From positions 2,006,695-2,070,694 of the forward strand of contig CBDCYF010000005.1 of NCBI GenBank assembly GCA_965224065.1: DNA of 64,000 nucleotides, read 5' to 3'. Both the position numbers and the translations under genes were made by a program. The DNA is from Candidatus Multivoradales bacterium (GTDB lineage: Bacteria > Acidobacteriota > Thermoanaerobaculia > Multivoradales > JAHEKO01). The notes beneath the pieces are model-generated. The model was not told the origin of the DNA, did no database searches, and saw only the letters and a list, made by a program, of their open reading frames with translations. This document shows, piece after piece, positions 54,800-63,235 of this stretch; the first letter of the stretch is position 1, and every line of letters begins with the position of its first letter.

Positions 54800-55117
54800 C
54801 TAGTCCTTGGCTGTTTCGAAAAGGGCTTTCAACGCCACGACGAGCACCGCGGCACTGATGAAAGCCACAACGTTTCCGAGGATGGCGGACGCGCTCTCCC
54901 CGATATAGGGGATACCTCGCGCCGCCGACGCCGACACAATCAAACCGATTGCCGCGAGCAGGAACCCGTGCGTTTCGCCGCCGGTCACATTCAAGAAGCC
55001 GACGACCAGCCCGAGCAGAATCAGCACCCAGCTAAACCAGCTCTGATCAACCCCCAGCCCACCCAGGACGGCAATCACCAGGCCCACGATAAAGGCCCAC
55101 TTACCGACTTGTCCCAT
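54800..55117 (-). CDS. Small (105 aa) 3-4-TM membrane protein of unknown function
   Basis: A GGGAGG RBS lies 6 nt upstream of the ATG at 55117. The sequence is hydrophobic throughout. The longer 179-aa ORF was rejected because its 5' part is antisense noise across the tRNA promoter. Confidence 0.5.
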   Translation of the reverse strand: MGQVGKWAFIVGLVIAVLGGLGVDQSWFSWVLILLGLVVGFLNVTGGETHGFLLAAIGLIVSASAARGIPYIGESASAILGNVVAFISAAVLVVALKALFETAKD

Positions 55118-55187
55118 AGTCCTCCCTTCTCGGATTCGACTTGTGGAGATCTGGGGCGCCCCGAGCCTCGAGCTTATCAGGCCGCGC

Positions 55188-55216
55188 TTGCGACGGGATC
55201 GCGCCTGTCCTAGAAT
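55188..55216 (+). promoter_or_regulatory. Sigma70-like promoter for tRNA-Arg (TTGCGA - 17 nt - TAGAAT)
   Basis: The hexamers are near-consensus with optimal 17-nt spacing. They lie about 33 nt upstream of the tRNA 5' end. Confidence 0.45.
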
Positions 55217-55248
55217 CCCCCTCCCATACGCGCTCCTGCGCGGCACGT

Positions 55249-55325
55249 GCACCGATAGCTCAATTGGATAGAGCACCTGACTACGGATCAGGAGGTTGGG
55301 GATTCGAGTTCTCCTCGGTGCACCA
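55249..55325 (+). tRNA. tRNA-Arg (anticodon ACG), with encoded CCA
   Basis: The 7-bp acceptor stem is GCACCGA/TCGGTGC. The D-arm is AGCTCAATTGGATAGAGC. The anticodon stem CCTGA/TCAGG encloses loop CTACGGA. The T-arm is GGGGATTCGAGTTCTCC, and the 3' end is ACCA. It closely resembles E. coli tRNA-Arg(ACG). Confidence 0.85.
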
Positions 55326-55439
55326 TTTGTTTCAATCACTTACGGCTTCGTTGAACGTCGGCGTCAGCACTCGCCGGTGGAGCCCGAGGGTGCCAAAAAG
55401 TCAGCCGACTAGCTTAGCCTCCCTTTATACGGGCCGCGC

Positions 55440-55740
55440 GACATCGATTTCGCCTTCTGGATCACATCCGGTGTGGGCTCGTAGGCTTTGGCGATCTCGC
55501 ACTCTCTCTTGTTTCTCGTCTTCACAAGTCGCCGGATAAGCTGAACCATCAGCAGCAGGATCTGATCGACTACCTGCGAGAAAAGAATCGGATCCTGCGG
55601 AAGCATCTTGGCTCCAGCGTCTTCGGCTCACGGATGAGCAGTGCCGTCGCCTTGCCGTTCGAGGCAAGGTGCTCGGACGCAAGCGCCTTGACGAGACCGC
55701 CGGACCCCAATCTAGACCCCCAGTGTCCCAAGCGTGTCGG
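55440..55740 (+). pseudogene. Frameshifted N-terminal remnant of a DDE (integrase-core) transposase
   Basis: One frame reads DLIDYLREKNRILRKHLG. A +1 frame continues KRLRLTDEQCRRLAVRGKVLGRKRLDETAG. Together these match the conserved N-terminal HTH/leucine-zipper region (…LRHQL.VL.RQ…RPRLRPADRALLAAL…) of a widespread transposase family. No catalytic domain follows. Confidence 0.45.
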
Positions 55741-55913
55741 CGGATTGCTCAGCTACTACCGGCGCGAGGCCGCGCCACCTGAGCTGTGGGCCGATTTATT
55801 TGCGCCCTGCGGACGGCGACGCTGTTGAGCGCAGTTGGGAAGGAAGATGCTAGACTCCCTCTGACTCCTATACAGATAAGGTCTTCCTAACCGCCCGAGG
55901 AGGTGCAACAGGA

Positions 55914-56699
55914 ATGAGATCCGCGACATTTACGCTGGCGCGACCTTCAGAAGAGTGTGTGTACCGAACCGCCGCTCTGTTTGTGCTTGCAGCACTCATC
56001 TTGCCCGTTCAGGTCTCCGCGAGACCCAAGAGGAATCTGCCAGACAATTCTCCTTTATTGTGGACCTTGACAGACGAAATAAGCCCAACGGAACTTCGCC
56101 GTGCTAGAAACGACCCTCAAGCAGTGCGATTGAGAGCCAAGGCTTCTCGGATGGCCCCGGAAGCAAGATCTCGACTAACCGACTTTGTAGATGGCAGAGC
56201 GACACCCGCTCTGGTCACAATGGCTGAAGCCTTAACAGGTTTTGCGGGTTACTTTGATAGCGATGTGGCGGGCGAGGCCAGCATAGGCAAGCTTGTTGCG
56301 TGGTATCAACACTTCCATATTTCTACGGATGGCGCGGACAGGCTTACAGAGTTTATGGTCAGAATGGACAAAACCTACAAAAGGCACCAATCGCTGGTGG
56401 GTACCGATCACGTCGATATCGCCAAGTCAATTGCCAGACTAGAAGAGCAGACTAAGAAGAGTCATCCGAAGCTGTGGATCGCTTTCGAGACGAACGATCT
56501 CAAGACGCTTTCTAAAGGCTTGGATATGCCGATCAGAAAACTGCGCAAGAAGCTCCGCTATAACTACGATCCATGGGACCGGTATCTAAGCAACAACCTA
56601 CCTCAATTGCGCAGCGACCTTTCACCATACGATTGGAAAGGACTTAGAACTATGTTGTACGAAGTCGTGGTTCCGGGTTTTTCCTCGATATCCCAATAG
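55914..56699 (+). CDS. Exported protein of unknown function (island gene 1)
   Basis: GC is about 50% against about 68% in the flanks. An N-terminal hydrophobic signal/anchor (AALFVLAALILPVQVSA) is present. I recognise no domain. Confidence 0.5.
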   Translation: MRSATFTLARPSEECVYRTAALFVLAALILPVQVSARPKRNLPDNSPLLWTLTDEISPTELRRARNDPQAVRLRAKASRMAPEARSRLTDFVDGRATPALVTMAEALTGFAGYFDSDVAGEASIGKLVAWYQHFHISTDGADRLTEFMVRMDKTYKRHQSLVGTDHVDIAKSIARLEEQTKKSHPKLWIAFETNDLKTLSKGLDMPIRKLRKKLRYNYDPWDRYLSNNLPQLRSDLSPYDWKGLRTMLYEVVVPGFSSISQ

Positions 56700-56714
56700 A
56701 GTAAGGCAACGGTT

Positions 56715-57764
56715 ATGACAACAAGGGTCCGTTACCTCGTCAGTGCCGCAGCACTAGCAACAACCTTCACCACGGTGGTCGCACCGCTGAATGCGGGAAC
56801 AATTTCTATCTGGGCTTACATGGATATCAACTTGGCTACCCACCCGGAGAAAGATTGGGTAATCGCGGGGCACCGAGCTACCTACAATAATTTCGCTGGT
56901 AAGGACTATTACCAGTATAACTTTTCTGCAGACGAGAATAATTATTGTTTCGACGCTACGGACGGCTGGGACTCCGGGTTCATCAACCATAACGCATCCC
57001 AATTCGGGGCCATTACATCCAATAGTTTTGTAAAGAGGGCTGACAAATCTAACGGGAGCGATGCCTCTGCGTTGTGTTGGAGCTGCCTGGGCGACAGAGA
57101 TCCAAATGAGTATGTGGCAACGGGCTTTGCACACGTCTTCAGGGGCACCAAGCTAATTGCCTCGCTTTCAAAGTCGTACGCAAGAGACAGCGGCAGTCTT
57201 TGTTTGTGGAGTATCGAGCCGCCGCAAAGTCCGATTATTCTCGACATGGGTGGAGACAACATCAGACTTTCCGGTCCGAGCGTAGAGTTTGATATTGACG
57301 CAGATGGTGATTTAGAGCTTGTTTCCTGGGTCAAGAAAGCCGATGATGTTTTCTTAGCCTTTGATAGGAATGGCAACGGAACTGTGGACAACGGGGCAGA
57401 ACTGCTCGGTGACTCTACTCCGCTGCTTAACGGAGCGACAGCAGAACATGGCTTTCAGGTGCTAGCTGAATTGGACTTGCCTGAGAACGGGGGAAACGGT
57501 GATGGGTATTTTACTGAAGAAGATTCTACTTTCGGGGAACTTCTTCTTTGGTCAGACAGCAATCGAGATGGATTTGGGGGCAGCGGTGAACTTCAACCGG
57601 CAAGCAGCGCGGGATTGGTGTCGATCGATCTCGACTATGTTGAAAGCCGGCGGCGGGACCGCCACGGCAATGAGTTCCGCTATAACACCAAGGCTGCGAT
57701 CATAATAGACGGTAAAACCGGGATCCGCCATGCAAGCGATGTGTTTCTGGTAACCATCGAGTAA
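56715..57764 (+). CDS. Exported protein with EF-hand-like Ca-binding loops (island gene 2)
   Basis: The signal peptide is LVSAAALATTFTTVVAPLNAG. Three D-x-[DN]-x-[DN]-G loops are present (DIDADGDLE, DRNGNGTVDNGAE, DSNRDGFGGSGE). The region is low in GC. Confidence 0.5.
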   Translation: MTTRVRYLVSAAALATTFTTVVAPLNAGTISIWAYMDINLATHPEKDWVIAGHRATYNNFAGKDYYQYNFSADENNYCFDATDGWDSGFINHNASQFGAITSNSFVKRADKSNGSDASALCWSCLGDRDPNEYVATGFAHVFRGTKLIASLSKSYARDSGSLCLWSIEPPQSPIILDMGGDNIRLSGPSVEFDIDADGDLELVSWVKKADDVFLAFDRNGNGTVDNGAELLGDSTPLLNGATAEHGFQVLAELDLPENGGNGDGYFTEEDSTFGELLLWSDSNRDGFGGSGELQPASSAGLVSIDLDYVESRRRDRHGNEFRYNTKAAIIIDGKTGIRHASDVFLVTIE

Positions 57765-57803
57765 TGGCCTCGAATTACCTTGCCGCAGTTTTTTGATGGA
57801 GAA

Positions 57804-58400
57804 TTATTCCAGGCCACGGGGAACTCTAGCGAGAGTTCCCATAAAGTTTTCGTCTACTTTCCAGCCATTGTTGGTCGGGTGAACTCGTAGCTGACCCTCG
57901 AGTCGGCGTGCGACGAGGTTCTCGTGTCTGGAGGCAGTTTTTTGCAACGCTGGGTGCTCGATCCAGTTCTTTGTGACCTCTGCCCAGTATTCGAACTTCA
58001 CGTCTGAGTAAACCTTCCCAGGACGGACCGGCTCGGTGAAGTCCTTAATCTGTATGCGGGACTCTCCAAAGATCAGGCAGTCGCCAAGGAAGTTTTTCTT
58101 GTTGAATGACTCCCCCTTTTCTGTGAGTACATAAGTGACCTTGGTTTTTTTATTGGGTTTCTGATCCGCTGTTGGATCCCAGGGCATTTCCGGAGCGTTA
58201 ACGACTTCGATCTTCTTCTCCATCATGCCTGCCTGTACCAAGGAATCTTCATTCCCAAGTGTTCCAAGACAGGCGGTGTGGTTATCCGCTAAGAACGCTT
58301 CTATGGCATCGGTAAGCTCCGCCTCCGAGACCCCTACAGCGCAGCCGAATGAGAATCCACAGGCAAACAGCAGTACAACAGCCCAACACTGGTTTCTCAT
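57804..58400 (-). CDS. Probable lipoprotein of unknown function (island gene 3)
   Basis: I chose the ATG at 58400 (MRNQCWAVVLLFACGFSFGCAVG, hydrophobic with Cys). It is low in GC and convergent with island gene 2. Confidence 0.45.
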   Translation of the reverse strand: MRNQCWAVVLLFACGFSFGCAVGVSEAELTDAIEAFLADNHTACLGTLGNEDSLVQAGMMEKKIEVVNAPEMPWDPTADQKPNKKTKVTYVLTEKGESFNKKNFLGDCLIFGESRIQIKDFTEPVRPGKVYSDVKFEYWAEVTKNWIEHPALQKTASRHENLVARRLEGQLRVHPTNNGWKVDENFMGTLARVPRGLE

Positions 58401-58827
58401 CGGCTCTTCTTTAGTAGGTTCGGCGTCGCCAATAACTACCGCGTCCACGTGCTTCATGACACGCAAAAAGGCCCTGTGTCAAGAGATCTGCGCTGTGCGT
58501 GCTCCCGTCCTATCCGAAAATTGGATCATGCATAACTTGTTCTCTCGCCCGCGACCCGAAAACTCCGGCGCCCCGCCTCTTCAGGCCGGTTGAGTCTTAC
58601 GTTTATTGACGGCTCTCCGCGTCGAGGCTAATCTGTCGTCAGATATCCGACCCTTCTAGAGGAGACGGAGATGAGGCTCTGTGGCGGAGTCTCCGCTGTA
58701 GAGCCTGCTGGTTTTTGGGATCGCGTCCGCGCCGGGACACTGTAAACGACCGTCGCTGTTCGACGCTTGCCCGACAGAACCCCGCCGGCTGGTCCGTCTA
58801 ACCCCAGAGAGGAGGCAAAGCAAAATC

Positions 58828-60615
58828 ATGAAAGCCAAGCGCACGGTTTTAGACGCAGAGCTCCTGTCAATGGCCGACCGCATGGCGCCCGACGCGCCCG
58901 ACAGAGCCGAGCTTCTTTCCGAAGCTGTGGTTCGGAGGGGTCTGGTGGCCACCGACGCGGCTCCGGCGCCCCCCGAGGGAATCACGATCAAGTTGGTCTG
59001 TCGCGCTGGCGAGAGCGAGGCCGGAGCGGCCTGGGTCCGTGAGGCTGGCGGCGACGTGGTCTCGACCGCCGGCGAGGTCCTGGTGGCCAACGTTCCCTCA
59101 GCCCAGCTTGGGGCGCTCGAGAGCATGTCGTGGATCCGGCGCGCCGAGGCGCCCCGCTATCTGATGCCCAAGCTCGACGAGGCTCGTGCGGTCTCGGGTC
59201 TCGACGCCGCTCTCAACGAGCACACTCTCACCGGCAACGGGGTTCTTCTGGGTGTGGTCGACACCGGGGTCGACTGGGGCCATCAGGACTTTCAGAACGA
59301 CGACGACACCACCCGGTTCGAGCTCTTTGTCCACGCCTTTGTGCCACCTGGCCAGGAGGTCTCGCAGATCGACGAGTTCGATGCCGCGGCGATCAACGCC
59401 ACGCTCCAAGGCAACGGCAACGCGCCGCAAGGTGACCCGAACGGGCACGGTACCCACTGCGCCTCGATTGCCGCCGGTAACGGCCGCTCGATCAACGGCA
59501 ATCCGTTCCGAGGGGTGGCCCCCGGTGCGGCCCTGGTGGGTGTCCGCAGCGAGCCCTTGCTCGACACCCACACAATCTTCGGAATCCGTCGCACTTTCGA
59601 GCTGGCCGGCAACCGCCCCGCAGTGGTGAGCCTGAGCCTGGGCGGGCATCTCGGTGCCCACGACGGCACCACCGCCCTCGAGAACGCCATCGCACGCGAA
59701 TCGGGACCGGGCCGGATCGTAGTCATCGCGGCCGGCAATGAGGGCGGCGACGGGATCCACTTCGCCGGCGAGATGGAAGAAGGCGTAGATCTCGAGATCC
59801 CGGTCCGGAACAGCGACCCCAACCTGCAGTTCATAGACGTGTGGATCGAGCGTGGCGACGAGGTCGACGTGGTGATCGAGTCACCCGACGGCGTCCAGCA
59901 CCCCGCGGATGGCACCGTCCAGGAAACCGATTTCGGTTTCTTCCGTGCCGATTTCCGAGAGGATTCGATCAACCGCGACCAGAACTTGACGCTGGCTATG
60001 GCCGGAGGCCAGGCCAATGACATTTGGACGATCCGTATTCAGCCACAAGTGGTTCGGCATGGGATGGTCCACGCCTGGGGCGCTACTCGTGACGCCTCCA
60101 CCTCGCGCCAGTTCTTCCCTGGATCGACCGACCCGTCATTTTCGATCGGGATGCCGGCCACCGAGGAGCGCGCGATCTCGGTGGGCTCGCTGGTCAGCCG
60201 CACAAGCTTTCAGACCGTCAACGGCACGGTCAATACGACATTGAGCAACGGCCAGCTCTCGAGCTTCTCGAGCCACGGACCGACTCGCTATGGGGCCCTC
60301 AAGCCCGATCTCGCCGCACCCGGGCAATTCGTGACCGCGGCCCTATCGGCGAACTCGGATCTGGACAACAACGTGGCGCAGCGCCACCACCCCAACGGGC
60401 CATACGTGACCATTCAGGGGACCAGCATGGCGACCCCGTTCGTCGCCGGTGTCGTGGCACTGTTGCTGGAGCGCGAGCCGAACCTGACCCCGGAGGAGGT
60501 TCAACAACGCCTGCGCATCACCTGTCGGCGCGACGGCAACACAGGGCGCGTGTGGGGCGGAGGCTTTGGTTTCGGGAAGCTCGACGTGGAAGCCCTACTC
60601 AATTATCAGGGCTGA
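58828..60615 (+). CDS. Subtilisin-like serine peptidase (S8 family) with N-terminal I9-like propeptide and no signal peptide
   Basis: The catalytic triad motifs are VVDTGVDWGH (Asp), HGTHCASIAAG (His) and GTSMATPFVAG (Ser), with an oxyanion Asn in AAGNEG. The N-terminal 100 aa show a β-α-β propeptide-like pattern. Confidence 0.85.
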   Translation: MKAKRTVLDAELLSMADRMAPDAPDRAELLSEAVVRRGLVATDAAPAPPEGITIKLVCRAGESEAGAAWVREAGGDVVSTAGEVLVANVPSAQLGALESMSWIRRAEAPRYLMPKLDEARAVSGLDAALNEHTLTGNGVLLGVVDTGVDWGHQDFQNDDDTTRFELFVHAFVPPGQEVSQIDEFDAAAINATLQGNGNAPQGDPNGHGTHCASIAAGNGRSINGNPFRGVAPGAALVGVRSEPLLDTHTIFGIRRTFELAGNRPAVVSLSLGGHLGAHDGTTALENAIARESGPGRIVVIAAGNEGGDGIHFAGEMEEGVDLEIPVRNSDPNLQFIDVWIERGDEVDVVIESPDGVQHPADGTVQETDFGFFRADFREDSINRDQNLTLAMAGGQANDIWTIRIQPQVVRHGMVHAWGATRDASTSRQFFPGSTDPSFSIGMPATEERAISVGSLVSRTSFQTVNGTVNTTLSNGQLSSFSSHGPTRYGALKPDLAAPGQFVTAALSANSDLDNNVAQRHHPNGPYVTIQGTSMATPFVAGVVALLLEREPNLTPEEVQQRLRITCRRDGNTGRVWGGGFGFGKLDVEALLNYQG

Positions 60616-61099
60616 GGCTCGGCAGTTTAAGTTCCATTCGCCGCGGCTCCTCGAGGGCGACGAGCCATTCCAGCTCGGCGACGAGTTCGAGGGCCGCCGC
60701 GTCGGCCTGTATGGTGATCGCGCCCGCCCCGGCGCTCTCTACCACGGCGCCGCATTCCTCTAGCTCGTGCACCGCCTGATCGATATCGGCCGAATACGCT
60801 GGTCGCGCAATAGCCGTGCGCGGCCGGTCGGTGTCGCTGTTTTCCACGACCCAGGTCCTTAGACCGGGCGCCATCTTGTCGGCCGTCTTCTCAGTGTCGG
60901 TTGGCACGTTCGTCTCCTCGGAGGATGCTAGCACCGTGTCCGTGGGCTTCTCGTCGCCGTCCATGCTGGGCACGCTGGGCGACGAACCGTGTTGCTCGGC
61001 TGGCGGGGCCGAGGTGGGCTCGGGCGGCGGAACGCAGCCGAGTGCCGCGATGAGCAGCACCGCTACGAGGATGCCAGCCTGAGACGAACGTGTGTGCAC
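60599..61099 (-). CDS. Lipoprotein of unknown function
   Basis: The lipobox is LLIAALGC. A Pro/Ser/Thr-rich linker precedes a small C-terminal domain. It overlaps the S8 peptidase 3' end convergently by 17 nt. Confidence 0.45.
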   Translation of the reverse strand: MHTRSSQAGILVAVLLIAALGCVPPPEPTSAPPAEQHGSSPSVPSMDGDEKPTDTVLASSEETNVPTDTEKTADKMAPGLRTWVVENSDTDRPRTAIARPAYSADIDQAVHELEECGAVVESAGAGAITIQADAAALELVAELEWLVALEEPRRMELKLPSLSPDN

Positions 61100-61234
61100 T
61101 TGTTTGGAACGGCCGTAGGCCAGTTTATCACGACGAAATTTCCCGCTCGTCGAGCGCTTTCAGCGCCAGAGGCTCGGCCCGTCAAGCTGCCGCAGGCCGC
61201 CTGGACGAGCCCTACACCACGCGCCGACCACGGA

Positions 61235-62194
61235 TCAGGAGGTTGGGGGCAGCGCCGCCAGGGCGTCGGCAAACACCTTGGTGACCGCATCGAACCCTTT
61301 TCGGGTCGGATGGAGCTCGTTCGCCCACCAGTCCTCCCAGGTCTCGTCATTGGGGAGAACGGGGCGGAGGTTGACGTGGCCGACATGTTCGAAGTCGTCG
61401 AGCTTGGTGGTCGCGATCAACATCTTGTTGAAACGATCGATCAGCTTTTTCACCATGGCGGTCCGTTTCGAAAGCGGCTCGTCGGGGAATCCTTTTCTGC
61501 GGAAGCCGGGCCGCAGCCACGGACCCGGCAGCGGCCCCCACCCGCCCCAGTAGCCTCGACCGTCGGGGACGGCGTGAGCGTAGCCATGCAGGAGGATGGG
61601 GATCTTGCGCCCGAATCGTCGCTTGCACAGCATCGTGATCGCGGTCAGCAGGGTGACGTAGGCGTGATGCAGCCGGCGATCGATAATGCCTGACACGACT
61701 TCCTCGTTGAGGCCGGGCCGCGGCGACAGGGCGTGATCGAGCAGGAGTGCAAACTCGTCTCCGGCGATGTCGTTGCCACCGCCCGAGAGAAGCACGGCCC
61801 GGGGCACGATGCCTCTTCTCGCCAGCTTTTCGACCACGCGGGCCAAGCGGTCGAACTGCTTCCGGCTGTAGGCCATGTCTTCCAAGCGATCGCCCCGATG
61901 CGCCACCGACTCCACGTCGTAGCCGTGGTCGTCCTCGAGGGCGTCGAGGATGTCCTTGCCCGGATAGTGGAACCATGAGTCGCCCTCGGCGACAAGCGTT
62001 CCGGCCCGGACGTCGCCACCCGCGGCCCTGACGAGCCGAGCGGGCATGAGCTGGGGCAGGGCGAGCCCGGCCTCGACCTCCTGGGCCATCGCCCGGCGCC
62101 GCTTCAGCGCCTCTTCGCGCGCCTTCAATCCCTCCCTGGCGAGCCGCCTTCCGGCCGCTACCGCCTTCCGCATCTGGGCTTCCGAGCTACTCAT
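61235..62194 (-). CDS. SGNH/GDSL-family hydrolase
   Basis: Block I is EGDSWF (GDS(W)). Block II is LLSGGGNDI, and block V is NELHPT with the DxxH catalytic His. Confidence 0.75.
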   Translation of the reverse strand: MSSSEAQMRKAVAAGRRLAREGLKAREEALKRRRAMAQEVEAGLALPQLMPARLVRAAGGDVRAGTLVAEGDSWFHYPGKDILDALEDDHGYDVESVAHRGDRLEDMAYSRKQFDRLARVVEKLARRGIVPRAVLLSGGGNDIAGDEFALLLDHALSPRPGLNEEVVSGIIDRRLHHAYVTLLTAITMLCKRRFGRKIPILLHGYAHAVPDGRGYWGGWGPLPGPWLRPGFRRKGFPDEPLSKRTAMVKKLIDRFNKMLIATTKLDDFEHVGHVNLRPVLPNDETWEDWWANELHPTRKGFDAVTKVFADALAALPPTS

Positions 62195-62270
62195 ACGGTA
62201 GATGGGACGGACACGGCGCGTGGGTTACCGGCAAGGAGGCGGACCGCCTCCTCGCCGGCAGTCGGTGTCT

Positions 62271-63122
62271 TTACTCGACCAGCGTGTAGACGGTCTCGGC
62301 ACGCTCGGGCCACTGGATCGCGAACTGCTTTCCCGGTTCGATCCAGCGCACCTGGACCCGCGAACGCACCCAGAACGGGTTGGTATAGCCCTCTTCGGCA
62401 TTCTGCAAGCCGGCGTCGCAGGTACGGGGGTGAACGTAGAAGTTGATCTTCCCCGCCGGCACCTGGCGGCTGCCCCGGGTCTTGGTGGCGGTGACGAAGT
62501 AGCCATTGGCGGCGACGTCGAGCACCTCCGGGCTGGAGCCGATCTGCCACTTGCCGGGCGGCACGTAGCAAGCACCCTGCGGGTAGGCGGGCGATCCGCT
62601 CACCGGCTGGGTGGCCGCCTGCCGCTGAGCGCGATACTCGGCCAGCCAGCTCTCGGTCATCTTGGCGGTGCGCTTGAGCTTGCGGTGGAGGGCGGCCGTC
62701 GCCTCCTGATGCTCCGCGCCATGGGCCTCGGCCCACTCACGGACGAGCCGCTTTGCCGGCCGGTCGGGGCTGCCCTTGGCCGCCTCCACCAACTCGGCGG
62801 GTAGCGTGAGCCCGGCGATGCGACCGGTCCGGTCCTTGCCGTCCGGCCGTGTGGCGGCGAGCTGCACAAAGGCCACCTCGTCGATCAACTGGCTCGTGGG
62901 GGCCGAAGCCCACCCGTTGGCGGTCGGCCAGACGACGACCTCGGGTGAGGCCATCCCCTGCTCGATCGCCGCCAGCTCCCCCGCTACCCGCTTGTGGGTG
63001 GCTTCGAGGACGGCGATTCCGCTGTCGAGCCGGCCCAGCTCGTCCGGATCGACCTGGGCGGCCAGGGGTACTACGACGCACGCCAGCGTCATCAGCATCA
63101 ATGTGTTTCTTACGGCTTTCAT
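62271..63122 (-). CDS. Secreted protein of unknown function
   Basis: The signal peptide is MKAVRNTLMLMTLACVVVPLAAQ. I recognise no motifs, and codon bias is consistent with the genome. Confidence 0.45.
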   Translation of the reverse strand: MKAVRNTLMLMTLACVVVPLAAQVDPDELGRLDSGIAVLEATHKRVAGELAAIEQGMASPEVVVWPTANGWASAPTSQLIDEVAFVQLAATRPDGKDRTGRIAGLTLPAELVEAAKGSPDRPAKRLVREWAEAHGAEHQEATAALHRKLKRTAKMTESWLAEYRAQRQAATQPVSGSPAYPQGACYVPPGKWQIGSSPEVLDVAANGYFVTATKTRGSRQVPAGKINFYVHPRTCDAGLQNAEEGYTNPFWVRSRVQVRWIEPGKQFAIQWPERAETVYTLVE

Positions 63123-63235
63123 ATCGAAATCTCCCTTGAAATAGTTGACTATTCCGCCCCCCCATCGTATCCCGGAAAGCGACGGGCGGTGGAGATTTGT
63201 CGGCCTCAGATATCCCGACTAACGATCGGCTGGCG

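Noticed and set aside
54800-55339. 179-aa version of the small membrane-protein ORF
   Set aside because: Its 5' 74 codons run antisense through the tRNA-Arg promoter and tRNA 5' region. The ATG at 55117 with GGGAGG is the credible start.
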